Shown here: piece by piece, positions 46,806-59,444 of the stretch | Layout: each line of letters opens with the position of its first letter | Position numbering within the stretch: position 1 is the first letter of the stretch | NCBI GenBank assembly: GCA_020891255.1 | Contig: BQFW01000005.1 | Span: forward strand, 1,488,001 to 1,552,000 | Source: Entomortierella parvispora E1425 | Lineage: Eukaryota; Fungi; Mortierellomycota | Direction of reading: 5' to 3' | DNA: 64,000 bases | Program-made: the position numbers and the translations under genes | The notes under the pieces: generated by a model | What the model was told of the DNA's origin: nothing | Databases searched by the model: none | Seen by the model: only the letters and a program-made list of their open reading frames with translations

Positions 46806-49083
46806 TTACTTTTGCAGCTCGGCCAAAAAGTGGCCATGACCCTGAAGTGCGTGCTGCAGGATCTGCTTCTCGCCGTGCACGCAGAGCCCGCCATAGTAGA
46901 GCGCGCCGGTCAGCTTGGCCTAGCAAGGATAATAAAAACAAGTCAGTCAGAGTCAGAGAGGGGAGAGACAGAGTCAGTAACGGGAGTACCTTCTTGAGTT
47001 TTGCGAGGTCCTGCTCGGCCGTCGTCTTGTCTGACACACCAAAGGCGTCTGCCCGGATTCGCACCAAGGCCAGAATGGCCTCCAGCACCGCCTTTCGAAC
47101 CCTCTTGCCCTCTGCGTCTCTGGGCTTCAGTTCGGGCTTGGCGGGTCTTTCACCAGCGTCCTCGTCCTCAGACTCCATCTCCGAGTCCTCGTCATCTCCA
47201 TGCTCCTCTTTCTCCCGACGCACAAAGATGTCATTAAAGTATTCCATGGCCATGTCCATATCCTCGCGAGCCTTCTCAAATCGCGACTTTTCCATGAACA
47301 AGACGTTCAGGAGCATGAGCAAACGGTCATCTACAGACCCATCATGCATCATGTACATGATATCTCGAGGGAAATCTTCTTCTGGTTCATCCTCCTCCAT
47401 ATCTTCGTCCTCTTCCTCTTCCTCTTCGTCGTCACTCTTTTCTGACTTTGGCCCGCTCTTTTTGCTTTTAGGAGCGCAGCAGTCGCCTTCAGAAGAGTGT
47501 TGATGATCATTTGCTTCATGTTTGTGTCCGTGATCCTGTCCATGGCCATGGTCATGGTCATGGTCTCCACCACCACAGCATCCACCCTCCTCCTCATCTC
47601 CGTCCTCACCAATAAAAGCGTCTTCGGTCTCTAAGAACCATTGAATACGCTCCTCGACCAGCTTTTCGTTCTTGAGAATCTTCTCTGCGGTTTGACGAAC
47701 CATTTCCAACTGAATTGTGACAGTGTCATGAGGGTTATCCTCCACAGCAAATCCATATTTGCTCAAAAGAACCTTGTTGGGATAGGGACCATAGTGACGC
47801 GTGATCTCCTCTCCTTTCTCAACATCGTCGTCCAAGATGATATCGCAAGTGTCGTTGATCTCCTCCTCGTCATCGTCATCATCCTCATCCTCCCACTCTT
47901 CATCTCCCATCTCCTTGTCATCATCACTCTCGGCCTCCTTAATTGACTTGGATGACTTCTTTGCGATATTATCCTTGTTTTCCGCCAGCATTGGTGGTTC
48001 ACCGTCCTCTTCCTCGGAACCGGCAAGCTCCGGGGCCTCGCCGTCGTCTTCCATATCAGAATCCATATCTTCATCCTCATCTTCATCCTCCATGTGCTCA
48101 CATGCCAGAGCGCCACAAATCTCGCAGACGTCCTCGTGTGTCAGGTAGTCCGAGTTTGGAGTAGGACTGTGATTGACACTATGGGCCATCGGGATGCAAA
48201 TTAAAAGGGAAATCCGTTAGTGAAAAAAAAACACACACACATTCGCTCCTTCTGCAATCGGATCGGTAGAAAATTCAAAAGCTGTTTCTTACAAGTCAGC
48301 AAATGGAACCAAGGCCGAAATGTGAAAGTTATCCACGTCCATTGAGCGCGAGGAAACGATTCCGGTCATGGTCTTGAAAGCTTCGAGCGAAAAGAACTTT
48401 GATCTCATGTCGTCCGTGAAAACATCAGTGTTCTTTTCCAAGAATGGGACCACAATCCCTTCATAGTCCTCTTGCATGTCTTTCTAGATTAATGCAATCG
48501 TACCTTGCGCGAGTTAATAACCCTCGAGTCTTTGAGTGACAACATATCCTTTAGCAAACAGATCTGATCACAAAAATTCTTACAATGTCTGCCTCAATGT
48601 CTTGATATGCCTCACAAAACTTCATCATCTGTCGCTTTTCTTCTGGAAGGGCTGTTGCCATCTGAGGGGGTCGCTTTGTGACAAGTGCAAGGTAGGGAAA
48701 CCAAGGGGACTGGGATCCACGAGCGAGTTCGTACATGCAGCCGATTGTCAACCCAATGTAGCCTTCGATTTCCTCATCCTGGAGCAAATTAGCAATGCCG
48801 GTAGTTTCCACCGAAAGCACAATAGCCTTTGGCACCTGAATAACTGGAGATAAAGAGTAAACGAGCTATCATTATCAGTTGGCCGTTCAAAGTAAGAAAA
48901 GAAGACAGGAAGCAGTCGTAGTGATCCGTTCGCTTCACCTTCAGATCCAGCATGGAGACTCTTCTTCGCATAGACGCCAAGGCCGTGCTTGCCCTCCTTG
49001 ATTTCAATTGCAGTCTTGTCCCATAGGATTTCATTCTCCTCTGCCCAAGCAAGAAAGGCACTCAACTCTTGAGATGTCGCCAT
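46806..49083 (-). CDS. SET-domain N-lysine methyltransferase (SETD6/RKM-like), multi-exon
   Basis: FLAWAEEN...GLGVYA, SPWFPYL, IVSSRSMDVD...LVPFADL, HYGPYPNKVLLSKYGF; long acidic and His-rich inserts. Confidence 0.85.
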
Positions 49084-49224
49084 TGTGATGTGTCTGAATG
49101 TACAATCGAGGAATGGCAATAGAGTTTACAACAAAAAAAGAAAAGAAAAAAAAGAAACAAGCGTGTTGTGAAAACAGAAGTAGCAGTCACCAGGCTCGAG
49201 ACATTATTGCTCTACTGTATTTTA

Positions 49225-52200
49225 TTACGTGAATACGAAAAGGTCGCGTCCTTCTTGTTTGCACATGCTGTTTGCCCTCTCTGTGCCCACAATCCGCTGC
49301 AGCTTTAGCAAATCGTACTTTGTGAACAATGCCGTGCACGACATTGCTCTGTCCTCCAGACCTGTTGCACCTGCATGCTTTGACCGAGACTTCTCGTTCC
49401 CTGCGGGCAAGGCCAGCAAGTTCAGCATTTCAGGGTAAAACTGTGCGTGCTCTGGCAGACCGTAGAACGCCAGGTGGAACGTTCCACGGATGTTGTACCG
49501 CCTGAAGAAGTGGAAACGCTCTGTGTAAAGCAGAAAAGAAACCTCGCCGTGGAAAAAGCTGGAACGCGCTCTTGACACGTTGGCATTTGTGGTGTACTCG
49601 CAGATGGCCGCAAATGAGTACTTGTTTTCAGTGAAGTAGTTACGCAGACGCACAAAATCAAAGTATGAGGGCACAAAGATCATAGTATGGGTCTGCGTTA
49701 CAGCAGAACGACGCAGCTGAGGTAACGTCTGCTGGATAAAATATTGGAATCGATTCTCGTCCGCTTGTGCCAAAGTTTTCGTTTCGATTCGGTTGAAGTT
49801 TTGTTGAACAAGGGGAACAACATCCACGATTGATCCATGTTCGTAACCTTGAGTAATCTTGAGCTTGCCAGCCACGTTTCGAGAGACTTTCTTGAATAGT
49901 GCATTGATCTCAGGAGTCAAAAAATTAGAGAACAGCAACGTCTGGCGGACATACTTGGATCTTCCATCCAGGCACCAGTTGCGAACACGGGAGAAATCAC
50001 ACCCGTGGGCGTTCTTGGGGATAATGTTCATGTGCTCAAAGACAGTCTAAAATGCAAAATGGGTGTCAGTTGTAAAGACCTCTGCAAACCTTTGGTGGAC
50101 AATAGGTAGACGAAAGAATGAAGTCAACCCTACCTCCAAGTGGTCCCAGTTCTGCATGAGCATGTTGTCTGCTTGATCTACAATCACCAATTCGATCGAG
50201 GACAAAAAGTCGAAATCTCTTTTCTTGTCACCTTCGGCGCCAATGACGGTTTTCAAACCCAAGGGTGACGCGATGATTAGATCCGCTGAATAAAAGTCAG
50301 AGTAAAGTTTGAGGGTCTTGCGAGTAAACTTGACTCCGACACGAAAGTGATCATCGATATTGCCCTTGAACGTCTCAATGAAATCCGCTATTTAAAGAAA
50401 ATGATAGAGTGGACACTGGAGTAAGTATTGCATCCAGATGGAAGATTTTCCTCCTAGATCACAGATCATTCATAACAAAGCATACCTGGTCGGTCACCAT
50501 CCTTAGGGGTCTCCTCCTCTTCCACATCATCAAACTCGTCGTAAAATCGTTTCTTGTTGTCCTGCTGCGTAGAGCCACTCAGCTTGATTAATGACTCTAC
50601 TACATCCACTACCGTGTTCTTGAAGGGTAAGATGATCAGAACCTTGGGTCTAGTAAAACCCTGGTCTCTGAATTCTGGCACAGTGGCTGAAGGATCAGGG
50701 TTCTGTTGGAATCGCTGAAGCTTTCCAGAATTTTTCAAAATACGGTCGCGTGTTTTAAAGACGTGGTTGAGTGCGTGTAAAGTGTAGGCATTCCTGATCT
50801 CTTTGGCGTTCTGAAGAGTACGATTGGAATACAGAATATCTTTGTATTCGTTCATCGGTTCAATAAGGGCGCTCTGCAGAGGTGTAAATATTTTGCCCTT
50901 AGACGTGGTCGACTCCATCGCCGATTCGTTCACTTCAGCCCAATTCGATTGCAGACGTTGCTTGATCTGGTTATAGAAAGAGGGAAAACAGTAAGTGTTA
51001 TGTTTCCAAGCAGATAGTTGCTTATCGCAGTCATTGAGTAGTTTACCAAAAGTGATTCCAGATCCAGAGCCTTTGCCCTTTTTGACTTGTCTTCTTTTTT
51101 AACACCTTCAACATTGTCAGTGTCAAATCTCTCGACACGCTTGAGAATAGGATCTTCGTATGAAACACTCTTCCATTTAGCGCCTGCCAATTCGACCACT
51201 GCGACCTTGGGAGCCAAGTTTGGTGTAACCAAGTCACTAAAGTGCTTGTCAAAGTTGTCCTCTAGAAGCAGATTTAAAAAATGAGTGGTCAATGTTAGTA
51301 TCAATCTTAACAAAGAATCAGCCATGTCCTATATCAGCTAAGTTCTTACTCGATTTATGGAAGTTTTCCTCCTCATCAGAGTCATCTGAATCTTCATCTT
51401 CTTCAGCAATTGCCTTGACGTCTTCTTCATCAGACACTGTCTCGCCTTCCTGCTCTGGTGCGTCCTCCGCATCTTCGACTGCGGTGTCGTCCTCGCCTTC
51501 AGCCTCATCATCGTCGTCATCTTCATCATCGTCTCCATCCAATGCTTGGAGGTATCCTTTGCCGTGCTTTTTGATGAGCTCTTTCCTTTCGGCTTCGGTC
51601 AATGTAACCACTATAAATTGGGTGAAGTAGTTAGGTTAGGGCATTTACAAAAAATTGTTGTTTGGAGATAACCTACGGCAGCAGAGGACAACGCCATACC
51701 TTCTTCCTCCACGTCTTCCTGATCTTCCTCCTCCATGTCTTCAAGACCCTCCTCCTCGAGCTTCCTCTTCTTGTACTCATCTTGGCGTTTTGAGCTCTTT
51801 TGAAGGATCCCGACAAGCTTGTTAAACGCCGAGGGCCGATCCAGTTTATATTCGTCTTCCTCAGCATCATCATCAGAATTTGCGAGTTCACGCTCTCTCT
51901 TCAAGGCTGATTGATAGTCCAAATCTGATTCCCGAACAACCTTGCGGAAGGACCTGAGGCATAGAGATGAATTAAGAAGGTGAGCTCCTCTCGTCATCTT
52001 TCAAAAAAAAAAAAATCACAAAGTGTCAAGGAATCAAAGAGTAGCTTACCCAACACGATCAGTCTCGTCTTCCTCAAAGTCCTGTGGCACGAGCTCTCCG
52101 TACTCCTCCATCATGTCACGCTCCTTCCGGCTAAGTTGACCAAATTTCTTTGGGGCCTTTGTTTCGGCAGCGGGTGTGGAGTGGGATGTACCTCGACCAG

Positions 52201-52336
52201 AGACTCTGCCGGTTGACTTCTTGGACTCCTTGGATTCTTTGCCCCCACGGCCTTTTGATTTTGAGCCAGCCGATCCACCGCCACCGCGACCACCGCCACG
52301 ACGTCCACCGCCGCCTCTACCTCCTCCGCGAGCCAT
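49225..52336 (-). CDS. UTP25: U3 snoRNA-associated protein 25 (DEF), multi-exon
   Basis: [73 protein letters not shown]. Confidence 0.95.
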
Positions 52337-52574
52337 TCAAAGTATATACGTGTTGAGGGTGCCTTAAGCGTGTTTTTGTTAGAGTCACACAAAGTTGAGT
52401 GTGAGTTTAGTCAGTCCAGTCGTTGTTGGAGCAATCTTGCAATGTAGCAATGCGTCAATGACCCCTGGTGGTAGATGTCAGGAGAGAGGTGCGTTGGTGC
52501 ATGCAGTCAAAGGCAAGGGAAAAAAAGAAAAAAAGAAGTGTTTGTTGATGTGGCTTGAAGTGGCTTAACAGATT

Positions 52575-52588
52575 TGTGACTGCCTTCT
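52575..52588 (+). promoter_or_regulatory. Homol-D-like motif in the UTP25/BMT6 divergent promoter
   Basis: TGTGACTG (reverse complement of CAGTCACA) within TGTGACTGCCTTCT. Confidence 0.5.
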
Positions 52589-52648
52589 GAGGCCGTGAAC
52601 TGACCATTGCACACAATCGGCTTTCCATGGCATCCCTCGAAACACCCC

Positions 52649-53923
52649 ATGGAGGACTCAAAGGACAGGAAAAAGGCCTCAGCACCGGCAGTGCTGGACC
52701 CCAAAAAAGTTTTTGGCCGTAGCCCTGACCAACGTAAATGGCGTAGATATGGAAAACAAAATGAACAAACAAAAATTCTAGCTAACCCCTTTTTTTTTGC
52801 TGACCTAGATATCTTGAACGTCGTGAAAGAATCTTGTCAGGAAGCCTTCAACCTTCCCTCATTTAACACCACCCTCCAAACCATCAAATCCCACTTCTTT
52901 GATCGAAATTATGACGCGGTCTTTCAAACGCCAGGACATCTCCCTGTCTACAGCGCACGTTATGCCCCAAGTCGTGCCTTGTGCTATTACCATTTGTTTC
53001 TGGAACACCCAGTCTTGCTAAAGAAATTGGAGGGACCCTCAACGGTCCTGTGCATCGGATCAGGGGCTGGAAGCGAGCTGGTTGGAATTGCTGCGGCCAT
53101 GGTTCATGTCGCACCTAAAACGAAGAAGAAGAAAAGGTTGGTAGGCGATGGTGCATCGGACAAGGACAAAGACAAGAAAGAAAAGAAGAAGAAGACTCCA
53201 GGATCCGTGACAGCGACCGTGACCAGTAATAGCGAAGGACCAAAGGAGCCTCTCGATGTCGGAAAACCAACTGAGGATTCGTCTGTGGAAACAATTGCGA
53301 CCGGAATCGAAACTCTCAGTACAGCCGACCCAAGTTCTGCATCTGCAGCACAGGAAACGCCAGAAAATGAAGAACTCGAAGCGAGCAAGAAGTCAAAATC
53401 CGTCACATTCAATACACCTGCCCTACCAACGTCCAAGCACCTGGTGAAGCTTGTGATACAGGACTATGTTGACTGGTCCAGGATCTTGGACCCCATGGAG
53501 AGAGTCGTTCATGAGCGGATGCAGCTTGGAGCAGATAGATTGGCCTGCGAAACCGAGATTGGAAATGTGCTGGATCTCTCGGAGGGCTTGCTGGCGAGAA
53601 TTGCGAAAGCAGACTTGATCACTTTCATGTTTGTCTTGAACGAGCTTTTCCAGGACAAAAAGAGGACAATGCTGCTGGTGGCCAAGATCGTGGCCGCCAT
53701 GCCCTCTGGCGCTCACATGCTGGTGGTAGATAGCGCTGGATCGTTTTCGAACCTCAAAGTTGGCGAGAGAGTGTATATGGTTTATATGCTGCTGGATCAT
53801 CTGAAAGACCTGGAGATTGTATACCAAGATGATGCCACCTGGTATAGATGCCCGCCTAGTTTGACCTATCCCCTGAAACTGGAGAACATGCGGCACTTTG
53901 TTAGAATCTATAAGAAAATATAA
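52649..53923 (+). CDS. BMT6: 25S rRNA uridine-N3 methyltransferase, BMT6-like (intron 52734-52808)
   Basis: YSARYAPSRALCYY, VLCIGSGAGSELVG, DLITFMFVLNELF, LLVVDSAGSFS; GT..CTAAC..AG intron keeps the frame. Confidence 0.75.
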   Translation: MEDSKDRKKASAPAVLDPKKVFGRSPDQRKWRRYGKQNEQTKILANPFFFADLDILNVVKESCQEAFNLPSFNTTLQTIKSHFFDRNYDAVFQTPGHLPVYSARYAPSRALCYYHLFLEHPVLLKKLEGPSTVLCIGSGAGSELVGIAAAMVHVAPKTKKKKRLVGDGASDKDKDKKEKKKKTPGSVTATVTSNSEGPKEPLDVGKPTEDSSVETIATGIETLSTADPSSASAAQETPENEELEASKKSKSVTFNTPALPTSKHLVKLVIQDYVDWSRILDPMERVVHERMQLGADRLACETEIGNVLDLSEGLLARIAKADLITFMFVLNELFQDKKRTMLLVAKIVAAMPSGAHMLVVDSAGSFSNLKVGERVYMVYMLLDHLKDLEIVYQDDATWYRCPPSLTYPLKLENMRHFVRIYKKI

Positions 53924-54102
53924 TTGCGTTGTTTTCACAGCCAAATGGAACATTCCTTCTGTGTGTTTTTTTTTTTTTTTTTTTTTTTTTAGTTCAATTA
54001 AGCATGGCCATGTTTAGCGGGCTGGTAAGCACATAACTAGCACTATTCACAATCTGTAAGATAGAAGAATGTATTAACTATTATTTATTTATACAAGAGT
54101 GT

Positions 54103-55841
54103 TCAAATCAGGAACGAGATGATGCGCTTCCAGAGAGGGCCCTTGGCGATCAAGTCTTGCTTGTCGGCCTCGGTGGGAACGAAGCGACCAGTGTCAAGAT
54201 CAGCATCCTCGGCGCGGATGAGCTTTGTGCCACGCACAAGCTTATAGCCAGTGAACAGGCACAAGGAGAGAACCCAAGGGAACCAGGCTCCCAAGATACC
54301 CTGGGCAAACTCATCTCGGGTCTTCTTGTAAGCGGCGAGTTCCTCAGGAGTTCCATCTGCGCCTGGATGAACAGGAGGGTTTCTGACGGACAAGAAACAC
54401 GTGGCAATGATACACAAGACACCGAGAATGGTGGCGACGATGTTACCATAGGGGTAGCCCCAGGAAACATAAGGCAAGTCCTTGACGGCGCGGCCTTGCT
54501 TCCTCCAGCAGTAACGGAAGCGGAAGTGGAGGAAAAGAATCAAGATCCACGACTGGAAGATGATGGAGCCGATAATGGACACGAACCAGTTGAAAACTAC
54601 ACCCTCACCAATGAAGATGGTCAACAAGGAGAGGCACGAGCAAGAGGTGACAATAGCCAGAGCCACCATGGGGACACCACGCGAGTTGGTGTATCCGATC
54701 GACTTGTGTGCCCAGCCGTTACGGGAAAGTGAGAGCAACATACGCGTAGCAACGTAAAAGTCAGAGTTGATGGCGGAAAACACGGAGGTGAAGACGACGG
54801 CGTTCATAAAGTTAGCTGCTGCATTAATACCGGCCATCTTGAAGACAATAGTGAAGGGCGCAGCCTCGGCCGTGCCGTTAGGGTTCAAGAGCAATGGCGA
54901 GTTGTTGGGCACGATGGAACCCAAGAGGAAGACGGAAGTGATGTAGAAGAAGGCGATACGGACCAAGACGGTGTTGACGGCCTTGGGGACATGCTTGTGA
55001 GGATTTCTTGACTCGGCAGCAGTGACACCGGTCATCTCAGTACCACCGTAGGAGTAGCCGACAGTAACCAAAGTGGTGATGAAGCCCAAGAAACCGCCCT
55101 TGAAGGGAGCACCTTCGATGTGCCAGGCGTCCATGCCGTACTTTTTACCGCCAATGGCACCAGCGTCGACAAGAATTCCACAAATAATGAACATGATGAT
55201 AGTGCAAACTTTGAGGATCGAGAACCAGTACTCCATTTCTCCGTATGCCTTGACACCTGCGAGATTGATGGCAATCATGACGAGGATGATGATGACTGGC
55301 ACGACCCAAACAGGGAAGGTAGAGCCCTGGGGCAACCAGAACTTGACGATGATTGCAGAGGCAGACAACTCAGCGGGGATAGTGAGTGCCCAGTTGATAA
55401 AGTACATCCATGTCATCTGGAACGAGAAAGCTTCATCGAAAATACGGCCTCCCCAGGCATTAAAGGCACCGGGAAGAGGAAGCAAGGTGGCGATTTCTCC
55501 AATGGCCTGGCAAACAAAGACAAGCCAGAAACCAATGAGTGCATAAGCAAGCACTATTCATAAGAGAGAGGGAGGTTGCTTCTGGTTATTTGGCGTAGTT
55601 GTTACAGCGGGACAGGCGAAAAATGGTATGGTTGCTTACAGGCACCACCAGGTCCAGCCAAGGCAATGGTCTTTCCAGAGGTCATAAAAAGTCCGGTACC
55701 GATTGTACCAGAGACTGCAATCATGATCATATGGCGGAGACGAAGATCACGCTTTAGTCCCTGCTGCTCTGCAGCAAGGGCAGGCTGATGAACATCTGTC
55801 ATCACATCGACCTCGTATTTCTCATCGTCCAAGTGTTTCAT
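54103..55841 (-). CDS. Amino-acid permease (APC/YAT family), one intron
   Basis: LKRDLRLRHMIMIAVSGTIGTGLF, GEIATLLPLPG, YGEMEYWFS, YGGTEMTG, multiple TM helices. Confidence 0.95.
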
Positions 55842-57789
55842 GGTAAGAGTGTTGATTGTAGTATAGAGAAGTGTAGGCTGTAAAGAGCTTGTGGGAAAAA
55901 GATGGACGGAGAGAAGTCAAGTGAAGGAGAGGTAGGTGTGGAGGTGTGGATGGCAGAACAAAGTCGAGGCGAGGAATCAAGAATCTGTGTGCAGGGTTTG
56001 GCTCGTTTTATAGGGAACGAAGGCAACAGGAGTGAGAGCAGAGTGGGCTGGATCCCCAGGTTTTAGCCTTTGGACTGAACGGAACGATGGACACATGCGA
56101 GTGTCTTGAGTGGGTCCAGGCTCTGTTTGCGAAGGTCATTGTACTCATGCCTGGATTAAGCATCCAAGGATCGAGAGTAGACGATTTGCTCGTCCAGTCC
56201 GGGAGTGACAGGCGTTCTTTTGTGAAAACGTTGAGGATCGGATGGTTTTAACAAATGGCCGCGTTGGGTTTCGGTAGAGTTGTGCGATGAGCTCTTTTTT
56301 TCAGTAACTTTGGTCAATTTACCGAGAAACCATGAAGTACTGGTTGGTTGGTTGTTTGTTTGTTTATGGTCTCTGTCTCTCCCATTGTGGGCAAAACCGA
56401 TTTTGTTCCAAATAAAGCTTCGTTGACAGAGATCGTCTGAACGGCGTTTTTTTACCTTGTCACATTGTGTCTCTAGTTAAAATGCATGGAGAGGAAGACT
56501 TCTACATCCTCATCCTTGAAGGGTCCATGCATGGACGACGGGTAGGGTGCAGGTCTGCGCGTCTGCGACGCCTGATGTTTTCATAGCGTGCAATGAGGAG
56601 TTGCGGGACTCATCGGAGATTGTGGGCTGGCGAACAAGAAGGACGAGAGCGAGGGTCCAGCGCGATCTTGTCGTTCATTTGCTTTTGCACCAATGAATGT
56701 AACGAAGCAAGGTACCTCACAAGGCAGTCGTATCTTCAACAAATAGCCAGTGAGCGAACTTTATTGTGGAGGAGGATTACCGGGTAAGCGATATTGTGGC
56801 CCAGAAGCAATCAAATTAGCGCAGAGAAAAAGAATAAGCCGCACCTCTGTGCCCTGCCTTGCATGCATAATACTTTGAATGAACTAGAATAGCACTGCTG
56901 TTCATTATTAAGGTCCAAAGATATCCATGTCTGTGTCCAAGAGGCGCTCGCGGTAGGAAGCGCACTGGCAAAAATCTGCCAAGTTAGGGTTTGGCCGTTT
57001 AGCTACTCGGACCAGCGTAAGAGCGACACACAGACTGGCAAGCCTTGGACGCGCTTGTATCCGTGTTTGATTCGATGGGGAAACACAGCGGCAGATGGGA
57101 AAAAGAATCTTGAGAACTCTCGGAAGAAGGCATGCGTGTGGAACGAGTGAGACGGCCCAAGATACATGATCGGTGGCACAGAGAGCAACGAGCGTCCATC
57201 AGTTTTAAGGTACTGAGCCAAGCTTGCAACAATACGATTGGACAGCGTAAGCAATAGCATCACATGGGTGACTTCGCGGCCAGTGGGCGAATCAACTTAG
57301 CAAAAGCGGACGCCGAGGGGCGGAACACCAAGGGTAATAGCAAGCTGCTTACAGCGCCAGCAAGTGCCTTTTTCATCTTCCCCGTCACCCAATTCCTTAG
57401 ACCCAACTTTCTTGCAAACTGCTCCAATACCCTAGAATCTATTCAAGTTGGTGTCTCTGAGTGGGAGGATCAACTGCCTCCCACTACACTTAATTGCTGT
57501 TTCTTGATTTACGCATTCGTGTCTCAGTTTCCCCTGTAGCATGTTGCCCCTCTTGCACCTGGTGTACTTACAGCCGCGTATCGTCAATGAAAAGATAATA
57601 CACAAACTGAGGAATGAAGAAAGAGAACAAACAGTGCAAACCCCGAATTTTGAAGCTCTGAATTTTTAGTGGCGTGGTGGCGCAGAAGCGTCCTGATCGG
57701 TACTTAAGGGTCAAGCCACCCCTTCACTCACCTGACAACTGACAACATCTGCGCGCCACGCACATCATCGACACACACCAACCATCATC

Positions 57790-59444
57790 ATGTCAGGATC
57801 CGACAAAAGGAACGCGGCTCCCATCGACAACAAGGCTCTGACCGCCCAGCGATTCGAGCAGGAGCTTGCCAATGCACCTGCGGATGTTCAGGACAAGCTT
57901 CGTCTGTTGCTGCAACAGATGGCCCTGGCCGGCGTCGGGGGAGATGCTGACGCTGGAAGCTCGAGCAAAGTTCCAAAGTCTATGGAGGATCACAAGTTCT
58001 GGAAGACTCAACCCGTTGTCAAGCATGGTATTGTGCTATATTATATTGTACAGTGATTGTGAGTGACTTGGCGACTGGCTCTTTAACGACCGTTCTATGG
58101 ATGACGTGTTGATAGATGAAGTTGTGGAGGAAGATGGCCCTATCGAAGCCGATGTTCCTTTGGAAAAGGTCAGGGCAACACCTTACCCTTTGCCCAAAGA
58201 GTTTGAATGGACTTTGGTAGATGTTGAAGATGACAAGGAAATCAAGGAGCTGTATGAGCTTTTGACACTTAACTATGTGGAGGATGATGACGCCATGTTC
58301 CGATTCGATTACTCGGCCGAGTTTTTGAAGTGGGCCCTGTTGCCCCCAGGCTGGAAGCGTGCTTGGCACATTGGTGTTCGAGTGGCATCTAACAAGAAGC
58401 TTGTTGCTTTCATCAGTGGCATTCCCCAGGATGTGCGTGTCCATGACAAGTATGTGGCTACCGTCGTTGTATCCCACAGTAGTTTGCACTTGCAATTGAT
58501 ATAGCCCAACACTAATACTCTTTTTATGGTGTTTAGTGTTAAGCGCATGGTCGAGATCAACTTCTTATGCGTGCACAAGAAGCTGCGTTCCAAACGTCTC
58601 GCCCCAGTGTTGATCAAGGAAGTGACAAGAAGAACTCACCTTGAGGGAATCTTCCAAGCTGTCTACACAGCAGGCGTCGTGCTTCCCAAACCAGTCACCC
58701 GATGCCGTTATTTCCATCGCTCCCTCAATCCCAAGAAGTTGGTCGAAATCGGATTCTCTCATCTGGGTCGCAACATGACAATGGCCCGCTTGATCAAATT
58801 GTACAAGTTGAAGGCCGAGACTAGCACCCCAGGGCTGAGGTTAATCGAGGAAAGGGACGTTGCGCAAGTCAAGCAGTTGCTGAATCGTTACTTGAGCGGC
58901 TTTGAATTTGCTCCTAATTTTGAAGAGGAGGATGTTCGGCATTGGTTCATCAGTCGTCCTGGTGTTGTCTGGGGATATGTGGTTGAGGTAAGATTGATTA
59001 CCACGGCTACCCTATTGTTAACCTCTTTATTTAAATGCAGCTCTAACACTCTCCTACCTACTCTTATAGAACGAGGAAACTAAGGAAATCACCGACTTCT
59101 TCTCGTTCTACTCATTACCTTCCACAGTAATCAACAACCCAACGCACTCGACCTTGAATGCGGCCTATTCCTTCTATTATGCAACCACAACCAGTCTTGG
59201 AGCCGAACCCTCTGCAGAGGCAACCCAGCAGAAGAAGGAGCGTTTGTCGGCCTTGATGACAGACGCGCTCATTCTAGCCCGCCAAAATGACTTTGACGTG
59301 TACAATGCTTTGGACTTGATGGATAACGCCTTGTATACGGAGGACCTCAAGTTTGGACCTGGAGATGGCTACCTGCACTTTTATCTTTACAATTGGAGGT
59401 GTCGCGCTATTGAGACTGACAAGATTGGCTTGGTGATGTTGTAA
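57790..59444 (+). CDS. NMT1: Glycylpeptide N-tetradecanoyltransferase, multi-exon
   Basis: [67 protein letters not shown]. Confidence 0.97.

Noticed and set aside
56999-57560. Possible small spliced gene divergent from NMT1
   Set aside because: Splice-like sites and short Cys-rich frames exist, but there is no start or recognisable motif to support a call.
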